NCBI GenBank assembly: GCA_963731735.1
Contig: CAVSWO010000002.1
Coordinates: 128,529 to 192,528 of the forward strand
DNA from: Candidatus Kerfeldbacteria bacterium
GTDB lineage: Bacteria; Patescibacteriota; Patescibacteriia; SBBC01; CAIJZX01
DNA: 64,000 nt
Direction: 5' to 3'
The translations under genes were made by a program, and so were the position numbers. Of this stretch, positions 1 through 9,856 are shown piece after piece. Positions within the stretch are counted from its first letter, which is position 1. Each line of letters starts with the position of its first letter. The notes beneath the pieces are model-generated. The model saw nothing but the letters and a program-made list of their open reading frames with translations, did not search any database and was not told where the DNA came from.

Positions 1-378
1 GACGAATTCATTGACCGCCTCCGGCAACTGCAAATCTTTAACATGCTTGAGTTCGGTACTAATGAAATGTAGCGTCATGGCTAACGAGCCGCGCTGATAA
101 AACGCGCTGACTTTAAAGCGAACTTGCGGATTAAGGCTGTAGCCGAGCACAATTTCTTTGTTGGTTTCCAGGGTTTTACGCTGCTGCTCGGTCAAAAAAG
201 TGCTCAGGACCGATTCCATAAAGTCTTCGGAGATGATTTGCTCGTCGGCCAGCGCTTGGAGCTGACCATTCACGCGCACAATCGGCTGGCTGCCGATCAG
301 TAAATGCAAATCCGAGGCCCGTAAACCGGCCGCGGTCGTCAACATCCGATTGAGTGTAATGCTATCCGTTGCTCCCAT
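1..378 (-). CDS. pilT: PilT/PilU-family type IV pilus ATPase, N-terminal part (runs off window)
   Basis: Manual translation from ATG 378: MGATDSITLNRMLTTAAGLRASDLHLLIGSQPIVRVNGQL...RFKVSAFYQRG. The ASDLH and RF.V..F.QRG motifs match the PilT N-domain. Lies downstream of pilB. Confidence 0.8.
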   Translation of the reverse strand, partial: MGATDSITLNRMLTTAAGLRASDLHLLIGSQPIVRVNGQLQALADEQIISEDFMESVLSTFLTEQQRKTLETNKEIVLGYSLNPQVRFKVSAFYQRGSLAMTLHFISTELKHVKDLQLPEAVNEFV

Positions 379-769
379 GGGCCTGTTGCAAGACGTGTTT
401 AATTTTATCAACCACCTCGGACGGCATGAAGTGCGCTTTAATCAAGTAATCGACCGCGCCCAGATTCAGCCCTTCGACCACATCGGATTTCTGGCCCAAG
501 TTGGTGAGTAAAATCACCGGAATGTCTTTGGTGGCGGCATCGGCCTTCAATTGTTTCAAGACATCAAAACCATTGAGTTTTGGTAGCAAGATATCAAGTA
601 AGATGAGATCCGGCTGAAACTTCTGGGCTTGATCCAGTCCGGCTTTTCCGTCAACGGCCAGTTGGGTTTCGAACTTTTCCATGCTAAGCTTGGTGACGTA
701 CATTCCGGCTAAAAACGCGTCATCTTCGATGATTAAGATTTTAGATTTCGCGAGGTCTTTATTTGGCAT
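362..769 (-). CDS. Single-domain response regulator (receiver only)
   Basis: KILIIEDD, PDLILLD (phospho-Asp), LLTN and YLIK motifs; no output domain. Confidence 0.92.
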   Translation of the reverse strand: MPNKDLAKSKILIIEDDAFLAGMYVTKLSMEKFETQLAVDGKAGLDQAQKFQPDLILLDILLPKLNGFDVLKQLKADAATKDIPVILLTNLGQKSDVVEGLNLGAVDYLIKAHFMPSEVVDKIKHVLQQAHGSNG

Positions 770-780
770 AGGTATACATA

Positions 781-2535
781 TTAGGCGCGGGTCGCGTCGA
801 GAACTTCTTCAACGCTGGTAAATCCACGCAAGGCTTTAATCATCCCGTCTTGTTTCATGGTGACCATCCCCTGGTTGGCGAAAGCGGCCGTAATTTTTTC
901 AATTAAGTCACCGCCGCCAACGATAATTTTCTTCATTTCTTCGTTGATTTCCAGGACTTCAGAAATTGCCACCCGGCCCTTATAACCGGTATTTTCGCAG
1001 CGGGCGCATCCTTTTCCCTGCCACATTTTTAGCGGCGGCGTCAGGTCTATTTCTTTAGGGAGCGTCTTTTTCGATAACGGTTCCAACTCAGCCAATACTT
1101 TTTCCTGAATTTCATCCGGCATGGGAGTTTGCTGCTTACAATGCTGGCAGACCCGTCGCACCAGCCGTTGCGCCATGACCACATTCAACGAGGAGGCGAT
1201 CAGAAATGGTTCAATTTGCATATCAATCAAGCGCGGCACGGCCCCAATTGAGTCGTTGGTGTGCAAGGTGGAGAGCACGACGTGCCCGGTTAGTGCGGCG
1301 TGGACGCCTAAGGCGGCCGTTTCATTGTCGCGGATTTCACCGACCATGATAATATCCGGGTCTTGTCGCAGAATGGACCGCAAGCCGGCCGCAAACGTTA
1401 ACCCGACCTCCGGATTGACCTGCGATTGGTTAATGCCGGTCATGTAATACTCGACCGGGTCTTCAAGGGTAATAATGTTCACGCCCTCTTCATTCAGAAT
1501 ATTAAGGAGCGCGTACAAGGTGGTCGATTTACCGGATCCGGTTGGACCGGTTATCAGGAACATGCCGTGTGAGCGGGTTATTGCTTCCAGCATGACTTCC
1601 TTGTTGCGGCCTTCAAAACCCAGACCCTCAACCTTGATCAGTTCGCTGTTCGTATCCAAAATACGCATCACAACTTTTTCGCTGTTGATCAGCGGCAAGG
1701 TTGAAACGCGATAGTCAATATTGCGGCCGTCAATCACCATCCGGAATCGACCGTCCTGCGGCACCCGCGTTTCGTCAATTTTCAGGTTGGACAAGACCTT
1801 AATCCGGGCAACTAACGATGAGTGGACGTGCTTCGGGAGGGTCAACGAGGTGTGCAAGATACCGTCGATTCGGTAACGAATCCGGGTTTCATCGGCTACC
1901 GGCTCGATGTGCACGTCGGAGGCTTTGCCTTCAACCGCGTGACGCATGACGACCGAGACAATTTTTGAGACCGGCGCGGTTTTGACAACCTCCTCCAGCC
2001 CTTTATCAGAAATATCAACCGCTCCGATTTCCTTATCGGCGTCTTTCTCGGCGCCTTTCAGCGCCTCTTCCACTTCAGCCGACAAACTTTCGTACTGTCG
2101 CAAGACGTATTTGAGCGAAGCGTCGGAAGTCAGGTAATATTTGATCTGAAAATTATTCTTGCGGGCAATATACTCAATCGCTTCCAGGGCTTGAAAATTC
2201 GTCGGATCGACCATCGCAATCGAGACTTGGTTGTCGGACCGATTGAAGGCCACCATTTTGTAATTGGCCGCTAATTCCTGCGGCATGATATTCAAAATTT
2301 CGGCCCGGACAATTTTGCCGAACAAATCGACCGACGGCATGTTGTAGAGCGATGCCTTGGCTTTGAGCAGGTCCTCATCTCGAACCGCGCCCGAGTGCTC
2401 GATCACATGATCAAGCGTTTCCCGTTGCTGTTGCGCTTGGGCTTGCAATTCGCCAAGCTTGGCCGGCGTGATGGCCTTGGCCTGGAGCAGGATATCAGCC
2501 AGCGAGGCGGTCGTGGATACTTGCGGACCGGGCAT
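781..2535 (-). CDS. pilB: Type IV pilus assembly ATPase PilB/GspE family
   Basis: ASDVHIEP, Walker A GPTGSGKSTT, TLEDPVEY, LRQDPDIIMVGEIRD, STLHTN, two CxxC Zn motifs. Confidence 0.95.
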   Translation of the reverse strand: MPGPQVSTTASLADILLQAKAITPAKLGELQAQAQQQRETLDHVIEHSGAVRDEDLLKAKASLYNMPSVDLFGKIVRAEILNIMPQELAANYKMVAFNRSDNQVSIAMVDPTNFQALEAIEYIARKNNFQIKYYLTSDASLKYVLRQYESLSAEVEEALKGAEKDADKEIGAVDISDKGLEEVVKTAPVSKIVSVVMRHAVEGKASDVHIEPVADETRIRYRIDGILHTSLTLPKHVHSSLVARIKVLSNLKIDETRVPQDGRFRMVIDGRNIDYRVSTLPLINSEKVVMRILDTNSELIKVEGLGFEGRNKEVMLEAITRSHGMFLITGPTGSGKSTTLYALLNILNEEGVNIITLEDPVEYYMTGINQSQVNPEVGLTFAAGLRSILRQDPDIIMVGEIRDNETAALGVHAALTGHVVLSTLHTNDSIGAVPRLIDMQIEPFLIASSLNVVMAQRLVRRVCQHCKQQTPMPDEIQEKVLAELEPLSKKTLPKEIDLTPPLKMWQGKGCARCENTGYKGRVAISEVLEINEEMKKIIVGGGDLIEKITAAFANQGMVTMKQDGMIKALRGFTSVEEVLDATRA

Positions 2536-2538
2536 AGG

Positions 2539-2814
2539 CTATTGAAATGGATTGGGATTGCCAGAATCTGCGTTGACGTTGACCGTCACGGTTTGATCGA
2601 ACGACTGGAGGTCCTGATAGCGCGCATCGTTTAAAATCGTTTCTCCGAAATTGGTAATAACGGTTCGATTACGATTTTGGTTGACCAGCATGTCGTTACT
2701 GGTCGGAGCTAGGAACTGCTGGACTAAAAACCATCCAATCCCACCCAACACCAATACGACCACGGCGATGATGATGGTGCGATTTGAACTGGTGCGACGT
2801 TTAACAAGGGCCAT
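2539..2814 (-). CDS. Small single-TM protein at the pilP position of the pil operon
   Basis: N-terminal TM helix, C-terminal GNPNPF, located between pilO-like and pilB. Confidence 0.6.
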   Translation of the reverse strand: MALVKRRTSSNRTIIIAVVVLVLGGIGWFLVQQFLAPTSNDMLVNQNRNRTVITNFGETILNDARYQDLQSFDQTVTVNVNADSGNPNPFQ

Positions 2815-2816
2815 GG

Positions 2817-3479
2817 CTAGGAAGATGTTTTATCAGGAACGTAATACGTTCGAACTACGATGGTATAAGGTGAGGAGGTAGTTTCCGTGTCGCTGGTTTC
2901 GGCCGTGTGCGAGAAGCTGACCGATAATACGTCAAATAATCGCTGGCTGGATTCAACCAGCGTCATAAAGCGCTTGAAGGCTTCGTAACTCGTTCCGCCG
3001 GAAACGGTCAGATTAATATCTTCCGTTTTGACATCCAGCGCCGTGGCGGTACCGGCCGGCGCCGTATCCGGCGTCGTCGCGGTGGCCGATGATCCCGAGG
3101 TGCCAATCTGGCCGGATTCATTGACCGAGATAGAGGACAATTCCAAGTTGGCCGTTCGGGCAATATTTTCAAGCGTCAACAACAGGCCCGGGAAATCGGA
3201 TTCGGTCGGCAGGAAGGCGTCCACCTGGGCTAATTGATCCTGCGGTAAGGCGGCTTTAAATTTGGCCACGGATTTCTTGAGTGAGGCCAGATATTCCTGT
3301 TCACTCGACAATTCGGATTCGACGTTCGCTTTTTCCAGGATGCCGGATGTGCGCAGATTCGATATCTTCGTGTCGAGCACTAAGAAATAGCCGCCGACCA
3401 TGACCAGCACCACCAGCACCCAGACCGTCCAGCGGTAATAGTCAGTTAAGAGCGATTGGAGAAAACTTGGGAATTTCAT
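2817..3479 (-). CDS. pilO: PilO-like type IV pilus assembly protein
   Basis: TM, coiled coil, LPTESDFPGLL and SYEAFKRFMTLVESSQRLFDV motifs; operon position. Confidence 0.75.
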   Translation of the reverse strand: MKFPSFLQSLLTDYYRWTVWVLVVLVMVGGYFLVLDTKISNLRTSGILEKANVESELSSEQEYLASLKKSVAKFKAALPQDQLAQVDAFLPTESDFPGLLLTLENIARTANLELSSISVNESGQIGTSGSSATATTPDTAPAGTATALDVKTEDINLTVSGGTSYEAFKRFMTLVESSQRLFDVLSVSFSHTAETSDTETTSSPYTIVVRTYYVPDKTSS

Positions 3480-4351
3480 GAGGTGGTGTCAGTGGTTGGT
3501 GCCTGATCCTGGAAAACCGACGGCAGAATTTGCAGATTGACGGAGAAGGTAACCTGATCGCCCAGTTCAGTCGTGGTTCGGGTGGCGCCGGTGATATCAA
3601 AGCTCGAAATGAAATCTCCGTTGGCGACCGCTTGTTCAAACACCAAATACTGCTGCGCGACGTGTTCGTAGGTGTCCGTCCGGGCGCCAAGCGTCAGGCT
3701 GCCATTGATATCCGCCGCGAACGATGTGCCGTAAAAGACTTCCGGCAGTGTATAGTGCTCAAGCTTGGCGAACATATTGGTCCAGTGGACATGGTCATCA
3801 ATCAGCCGCCGAATGGCGCTGATCTTTTGGGTGGTTTGCTGAATGGTTTTCTGCTCGCCTTTCAGATCGTCAATTTGCTGACGAACCTGCGCTAGCTCCG
3901 TTCGCTTGGTAGTAATTTGGTTGGCAATCGAGCGATCGGCCAGGCTCAAACCGAAATAGGCCAGCCCGACAACCGCCGCCGCGCCCACCATCCAGCCAAC
4001 CAATGACAGCAGCACCATCCGCGGTTTAAAGCTGGAAACCAAATCTTCCGACAGCAGGTTAACATCAAAATTGTCATCATCTTCCGGCAAGGGAATAACC
4101 GCCGGCCGGCTGGAGCGCTTTTCATTGATGATCCGCTGATCCGGTTTTGATTTGCCGAGTCCCATCCGCCCTTTATCGGCTTTGGCTTGCCCGAGCGTCG
4201 GGTTCGAATGCCCAAGCATCGATCGGAACATTTTGCCAAATCCCCCGCCGCCGGCCGTCGGGTCGGTCATTTCCGGCTGCCCCGGCTTCTTCGGCGGCTT
4301 GGGCGGCAAGTCCGGGGATTGCGTGTCGTGAATTAGGTTAACTTCCGGCAT
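3476..4351 (-). CDS. pilN: PilN-like type IV pilus assembly protein
   Basis: DVNLL motif before TM, coiled coil, HVHWTNMFAKLE; directly after pilM. Confidence 0.7.
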   Translation of the reverse strand: MPEVNLIHDTQSPDLPPKPPKKPGQPEMTDPTAGGGGFGKMFRSMLGHSNPTLGQAKADKGRMGLGKSKPDQRIINEKRSSRPAVIPLPEDDDNFDVNLLSEDLVSSFKPRMVLLSLVGWMVGAAAVVGLAYFGLSLADRSIANQITTKRTELAQVRQQIDDLKGEQKTIQQTTQKISAIRRLIDDHVHWTNMFAKLEHYTLPEVFYGTSFAADINGSLTLGARTDTYEHVAQQYLVFEQAVANGDFISSFDITGATRTTTELGDQVTFSVNLQILPSVFQDQAPTTDTTS

Positions 4352-4360
4352 AGCAAATTT

Positions 4361-5425
4361 TTAGGCGACGATCTCCCGCATCCCCAAGCCAATCGAAACC
4401 GCGAAGCGCGGTCCAATTTCCTGGAGCACCGGCTGTAGATCAACCGGGTAGACGACGCGCGCCCACGGGTCACCGATAAACGTTTTGAGCGATAGGGTTT
4501 TTTCCAAGTATTCCGGCAGATTTAACAAAAACGATGAGCCACCGGCCAGGATAATCTTTTCAACCGGCGCCCGGCCCTGGTTACGATAGAGATTCAGCAC
4601 AAACCGAATTTCATTGATGATTGAACTTATCACAAATTCAATCGTTTTCGGAATTTGGGAAACCGATTGGCCGGTCGAAATGCCGAAGTCGCGTTTGAAC
4701 TGTTCGGCGCGTTCGAGATCGATGTTCATACTTTGGGCAATGGATTTTGAAATGGTGTTGCCGCCCACGTCGATGCTGCGGTTGATCAGCGGTATGCCGT
4801 CGACGAAAACCGCGATGTTGGTGGCCACGGCGCCGATATCGACGATCATGACCGGGGAGGAATCCGTGCCGATCAAGGATCGTTCCAGGGCCAAAGCCTC
4901 CGTCTCAAGATTGATCATCTGGAGTCCGGCGCCTTTGGCAATGTCTAAATAGCGTTTAACCAGGTTTTTCGGCGCGGCCGTGATCAGGACTTTCAGGTTC
5001 TTGGGCTGGTCGGTTTGGGCTTTCGGGTTTTTCGACGAGTTCTCTTTGATTAATTTCCAGTCTAACACCAATTCATCGATCGGCAGGGGCACGAATTTCT
5101 TGGCTTCCCAGCGGACGGCTGCATTCAATTCTTTGCGGGTCATCAGCGGTAAACTGATGATCGAACTGAAAACCGTGAAGCTTGGCAGGGCGGTAATCGC
5201 CTTATTTGAGGTAAATCCGGCGTGTTTGATTAGCGATTTTAGCGCGCTGATGACCGCTTCCTTGCCGGCCGTGGCGTCGCTTTTGACTATATCGAACTTC
5301 TCTTCGACGTAACCGTAGGTCATCAAACGCGGCCGACCATTATCGTCGCCCATTTGGACCACTTTGATACTTGAGGTCCCGATATCGATGCCAAGAAAAC
5401 TTTGTTTTGGGTTGAATGTTGCCAT
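4361..5425 (-). CDS. pilM: Type IV pilus assembly protein PilM
   Basis: LGIDIGTSSIKVV, WEAKKFVPLPIDE, VDIGA, LAGGSS actin-like motifs. Confidence 0.95.
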   Translation of the reverse strand: MATFNPKQSFLGIDIGTSSIKVVQMGDDNGRPRLMTYGYVEEKFDIVKSDATAGKEAVISALKSLIKHAGFTSNKAITALPSFTVFSSIISLPLMTRKELNAAVRWEAKKFVPLPIDELVLDWKLIKENSSKNPKAQTDQPKNLKVLITAAPKNLVKRYLDIAKGAGLQMINLETEALALERSLIGTDSSPVMIVDIGAVATNIAVFVDGIPLINRSIDVGGNTISKSIAQSMNIDLERAEQFKRDFGISTGQSVSQIPKTIEFVISSIINEIRFVLNLYRNQGRAPVEKIILAGGSSFLLNLPEYLEKTLSLKTFIGDPWARVVYPVDLQPVLQEIGPRFAVSIGLGMREIVA

Positions 5426-5495
5426 AACGGCGGGTCAGCAAATCGGTGAATCTGGCCGGCCCGAATGTTGAAAAGAAGTCGTGCGAGACCGCTTT

Positions 5496-5524
5496 AGTAT
5501 GGCACAAAAAATGGTCAAAGTCAA
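5496..5524 (-). promoter_or_regulatory. Sigma70-type promoter of pilM operon
   Basis: Minus strand TTGACT-17 nt-CATACT with extended TG, 70 nt upstream of the pilM ATG. Confidence 0.6.
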
Positions 5525-5614
5525 AATAACCGCTACCTGTGGAGAACTTTCCAGGTACAAAAACTCCTTGCGATTGTTCGTTTCGCCTTCTGTCCCGATA
5601 ATGTTACTCGATGC

Positions 5615-8600
5615 TTACGGCCCGGTGCTGACACTACTTGGTAGCACGCCGGCGAAGTCGCGAAAACCTTGCGGCGGATTGGATTGCAGCCGACCGTCGT
5701 TGATGATGACTTCTGACGGCAACGGCGTTTCAACCGTGCCGGCGAAGGTCCGGGCGAAATAGAATTTATGAGCCAGCATTATCCCCCGAACCGTCAACGG
5801 GAAATTGTTTGGTAAATTGCGGGTAACGGTACACTCCGTCGGCGGTGAATCACCATTGTCCGGTTGGCCGGTGCATATCGTTCCGGTCACATAATAATTG
5901 CCGGCCAGCTCGGTCACGCCGTTATCAATGATCAGATTGCCTTTGACAACAACCATCAAGGATGCTAATTGACGGAGAAGCGTTATTGACGGTGATAGAG
6001 AATACACAATATCTTTATCGATCCGCAGGTTACCATTTATAATCAGGGTTCCCGCCCCGCTGACAAAACTGGAACCACTCAAGCCACCGTTAAGAATAGT
6101 GAAACTCCTGTCGATTGTGTAGGTTTGCGTGCCACCCGCCTTACCCGCGACGAACACTTTATCCTGGAGTTTGGTTGTCGAATTACCTGCACCAATCATT
6201 GCATCCACAATGCTCCCACCGCTGTCGCCAAGCGATGTGACTGTTTGACCAAATTTATTAGTCTTATTTGTGGAGTCTGTCACCGTCTCTGCGCCCTGTA
6301 AATCAATCCGGCCGAGCGCGGTTTCAAACAAGTTTTTTTGTGACGCAAACGGAGTAAACGACGCGTTATTTTTTTCGGTGTCATAGGTCGCGACTTGATC
6401 AACGGTCAGCGAGGAGCAAAAATTATTTATCGAGCCGCCGGCCGAAACTACGTAACTGGCGTTACACAAATTGCCAGGCGCCGGCAACGTATCCGGGGCG
6501 CCAATGTTCCCCTGCGAGTAGACATCACCCAGTCGGGTCTGAATATAGCGGCGAGTCCCTTTAATCACATTCCCGAAATTCAACCAGCCGTAATCCGGGC
6601 TCCAGGCATAACCGGAGAATTGTCCGGTGATCGTATCCAGGTTTACCCCGTATTGATCGCATAAGGCGCCGGCGGCGCTACAGGTCGCACCTGTAAAACT
6701 GCACGTCCCACCGTTGCATTGAGTGTCATTCGTGCAAGCGTCGTAGGCATTGGTTGATTCACTCGAGCAGAAAGAGGCCGGCTTACAAGATTCATTCGCC
6801 GTGCACTCCGAATCCACCGTGCAAGTATTTTTCGTGATATCTCCACCACAATATTTCGTACAGCTTGCCGCCTCAGGTTGACAACTCCGCTGGTCCCCAT
6901 CTTGGCAAAAAGCACAAGACAGGTCACCACCGCTTAAGGCACAGGCCTGACAGGCAATCAATGAATACGTACCGCCGATGTTCACTGGCGTTGGTGTATT
7001 AACGGGTTTTCCACGTAAACTAATCCAACCGCGGGAACTATCGCCGTTCGGGTCACTCGAATTGGCCAAGGTCATGAAGCGGCCAACGCCCTGCAATTTT
7101 CCGGTTGTTGCGTCCAGGCAGGCGCCGCCGTTGTCGCAGTAATTGCGTTCCCCAGATCCAGCCTCAAGTTCGGCCGGCGGTGTTCCAATATCATTAGCAT
7201 CAAAGCTCAACCAACCGCCGCCGGCGCAGGCCAGCGAACTGGCATTGTTTTCGTCACACTGCAATCGCGTATTCGGCAGACTTTGCAATTTTGAGCTGCC
7301 GACGCTGGCCCCGCTCGGCAAATCAGCCGAGCCGAACGTACAATCCGCGTCATGTAAACAAATGAAACTTTGATCGTATTCGCAGTGCCCGTAACAATCA
7401 AAATCACGCAAGCAGGCACGTGTATCATCCTCCTGACAGGTGCGGGTGGCTGGATTGCATGATCCGGTCATGGTGTACGTAGTGGCTGGTTGCGGTAAAT
7501 CCGGATCTCGCGCATTGGCGCCCTGGCAGCTGCCGAGAGCGATCGTTTCGTTGTCCGAATTACTGTTTCCGGCCGCGTAATTTTTTCCGAACCAGGCGCG
7601 TCCGCTCAAACGATTATCCTCGAGCGTCAATCCGTAGGCGTCAATTTGCCGCTGGCAAAGGGATACGCTGTTCCCATCCCGTTGATTTAAACAGCTAGTC
7701 GAAATCCAGCCCAACCCGGCATTTTGCCCGCCGTTGGCCGGACTTGCATTGCCGGCCCAGACATAGCCCGAGACGTTGCCGGACACCCGTTGGAGCAACA
7801 AACTGCTCGGCCCGACCGCAAAGGCGTGCTGCTGTCCGATAGCGCTGACCGCATATAATGGATCACTGGTATTAGCGGCAGACTCAACCCGGCTGGAGAG
7901 GCTTAAAAAATTTCTGTCAGAATAAATAATACTAGTTCCATTATCTCCGACGGCCGTTATTTCTGCTCCCACCAGGGAATTCGCTGACGGGCTGTCCACC
8001 TGTTCAACACGGAGATTATCACACCAAACTTTCGCTCCATAGGTCGCTTCGCAGCTAACTTGGAGCTGCATGCCAAAATACCCAATCCGCGGGTTGGAAG
8101 TGGCGCCCTTAATCGGATTGGCGTATTGATTATTTTCCTGGGAAACAACCATTTCAAACGGAATATAGCCGTCGGTCGCGCCCTGGTTGATGGTCCGAAT
8201 TTGCGTCCGATTTTCGAACGCGCAGTCCGGAGCGGTGGCCTGCCCGACGTTACCTCCGACGCATCCAATCGCGATGCCGCCCTGGGGAATGGTTGCGGCC
8301 GGGTTCGGAGCAACGGTACCGGGAAATTCCACCTTGTATTCGCCGGAAATTTTATAGCGAATGCCCGGAATTGTTGAAAGGCGGATGGTGTTCACCGCTG
8401 CAACCGAATGTTTCGTGTTTCCATTTGTTCCATTCGTACAATCGGATATGCTTGAATAGGTGGGTCGTGGTTCAAGCATCAACGCGTAATTGCTTCCCCC
8501 TGACCCAACTTCGGTCGAGATCTGGATTTCTTTGGTACTAATACCGACTTTATTGCTCCCCCCATCGCAACCAGTGCTGCTGAAACCGCCGGCGCCCTCA

Positions 8601-9853
8601 TCAGTAAGGGTCCAAACACTTGGATTCACATATTCACCGGAAGGGTTTGACGATTCCCAAGATTCGAAGTTGCCATTGCGCAAGAGGTTGGATGATGAAC
8701 CCTGTTGAATTGGAATGCTTGAAACATCATGCAAGATGGTCTCGCTGGGAGCGATCTGCGTAAAACCAGCGGCAGATTGTTTCTCACTCAGCCGCCACAA
8801 ACCGTTGCTGGCCGCAACGTAGACCATATTGGCAAGCGGTCCGTTCGTCGAATCAGTAGGATAGTCAGTCGTTTGGACCGTCACCCCGAAGAAACATACT
8901 CCCGAAGCAGAACCGACTTCTGTAACTTGATTGCCGACGACTTTATACAAATGCCCGGATTGAGCACCCGCATTGGTACAGTTTCGATCAAGTTCACCCG
9001 TATTCGATGTCGTGGTGGTGATATAAGCGGTTCGATTTTCCCCAAAAGCGATATCGGTGATATGTTCGGTGCTCGGAATTGGCGAACAAAGTTTTTTCCA
9101 GGTATCCTTCGTATCCGTTATTGAATCATAATATTTGGTATGTTGGAGGAGTAATCCGTTCTTACCCCCTGCTAACATGGGCGTTCGGTAACCTTTAGCC
9201 GCGGCAATCGCGTACAATTCGTTGTCTACCGCGGGATTATTACCTCCCGAACAAGTGGTGTCTTCAAGATATGATGGCAGGGTGGCATTGAGGTCAGGAT
9301 TGGTGGCGGACGTATTTGCATAATCTAGAATAGTGGTCGTTGCTGAACCTGATCCGTCTACATAATTTGTCTGTTTTCCAGCAAACCAAATTTCGGAATT
9401 ACCGCTGCCGGTGTTATATTGCCCGGTGACGGCGTTTTGTTCACCAAGGGTACCGATAGCTGCGGTGACCTGGTTTCCTGAAGAATTAATACGAGTGAGT
9501 GACGTCATCGTTCGCTGCCGCCAACGCTGACCGTCAAACCGGTAGATGCTTCCATCAAAAACGTTTGCTCCGGCTTTGTCTTTATTCTGTCCCACCGCCC
9601 AGGCTTCAAAGAGCTGATTCGAAGTTACGCTAGCTTCTGGGTCGTACGGGTCATTGCGTCTGCTGACTGACCCATCCACCCGGTAATACGAATAAACTCC
9701 CCGAAAATCGGTCGGGGAAAAGTTAGTGGTGGTAATCAGCGGCACAGCTAATTCGGCCATGGTCCGTTGTACGCCCAAGAACACTCCGGTCATGGCAATC
9801 AAAGCGATAATTAGAGAGGCCGGGAATCGGTATCGATGAATCAAACGACGCAT
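5615..9853 (-). CDS. Large secreted Cys-rich surface protein (1412 aa)
   Basis: Signal peptide, propeller-like N-region, CBM-like NLLRNGNFE motif, SG(Y/R)AW...GW repeats, Cys-rich repeats, C-terminal beta-strand-rich GTLIINGNL segments. Confidence 0.8.
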   Translation of the reverse strand: MRRLIHRYRFPASLIIALIAMTGVFLGVQRTMAELAVPLITTTNFSPTDFRGVYSYYRVDGSVSRRNDPYDPEASVTSNQLFEAWAVGQNKDKAGANVFDGSIYRFDGQRWRQRTMTSLTRINSSGNQVTAAIGTLGEQNAVTGQYNTGSGNSEIWFAGKQTNYVDGSGSATTTILDYANTSATNPDLNATLPSYLEDTTCSGGNNPAVDNELYAIAAAKGYRTPMLAGGKNGLLLQHTKYYDSITDTKDTWKKLCSPIPSTEHITDIAFGENRTAYITTTTSNTGELDRNCTNAGAQSGHLYKVVGNQVTEVGSASGVCFFGVTVQTTDYPTDSTNGPLANMVYVAASNGLWRLSEKQSAAGFTQIAPSETILHDVSSIPIQQGSSSNLLRNGNFESWESSNPSGEYVNPSVWTLTDEGAGGFSSTGCDGGSNKVGISTKEIQISTEVGSGGSNYALMLEPRPTYSSISDCTNGTNGNTKHSVAAVNTIRLSTIPGIRYKISGEYKVEFPGTVAPNPAATIPQGGIAIGCVGGNVGQATAPDCAFENRTQIRTINQGATDGYIPFEMVVSQENNQYANPIKGATSNPRIGYFGMQLQVSCEATYGAKVWCDNLRVEQVDSPSANSLVGAEITAVGDNGTSIIYSDRNFLSLSSRVESAANTSDPLYAVSAIGQQHAFAVGPSSLLLQRVSGNVSGYVWAGNASPANGGQNAGLGWISTSCLNQRDGNSVSLCQRQIDAYGLTLEDNRLSGRAWFGKNYAAGNSNSDNETIALGSCQGANARDPDLPQPATTYTMTGSCNPATRTCQEDDTRACLRDFDCYGHCEYDQSFICLHDADCTFGSADLPSGASVGSSKLQSLPNTRLQCDENNASSLACAGGGWLSFDANDIGTPPAELEAGSGERNYCDNGGACLDATTGKLQGVGRFMTLANSSDPNGDSSRGWISLRGKPVNTPTPVNIGGTYSLIACQACALSGGDLSCAFCQDGDQRSCQPEAASCTKYCGGDITKNTCTVDSECTANESCKPASFCSSESTNAYDACTNDTQCNGGTCSFTGATCSAAGALCDQYGVNLDTITGQFSGYAWSPDYGWLNFGNVIKGTRRYIQTRLGDVYSQGNIGAPDTLPAPGNLCNASYVVSAGGSINNFCSSLTVDQVATYDTEKNNASFTPFASQKNLFETALGRIDLQGAETVTDSTNKTNKFGQTVTSLGDSGGSIVDAMIGAGNSTTKLQDKVFVAGKAGGTQTYTIDRSFTILNGGLSGSSFVSGAGTLIINGNLRIDKDIVYSLSPSITLLRQLASLMVVVKGNLIIDNGVTELAGNYYVTGTICTGQPDNGDSPPTECTVTRNLPNNFPLTVRGIMLAHKFYFARTFAGTVETPLPSEVIINDGRLQSNPPQGFRDFAGVLPSSVSTGP

Positions 9854-9856
9854 AAT

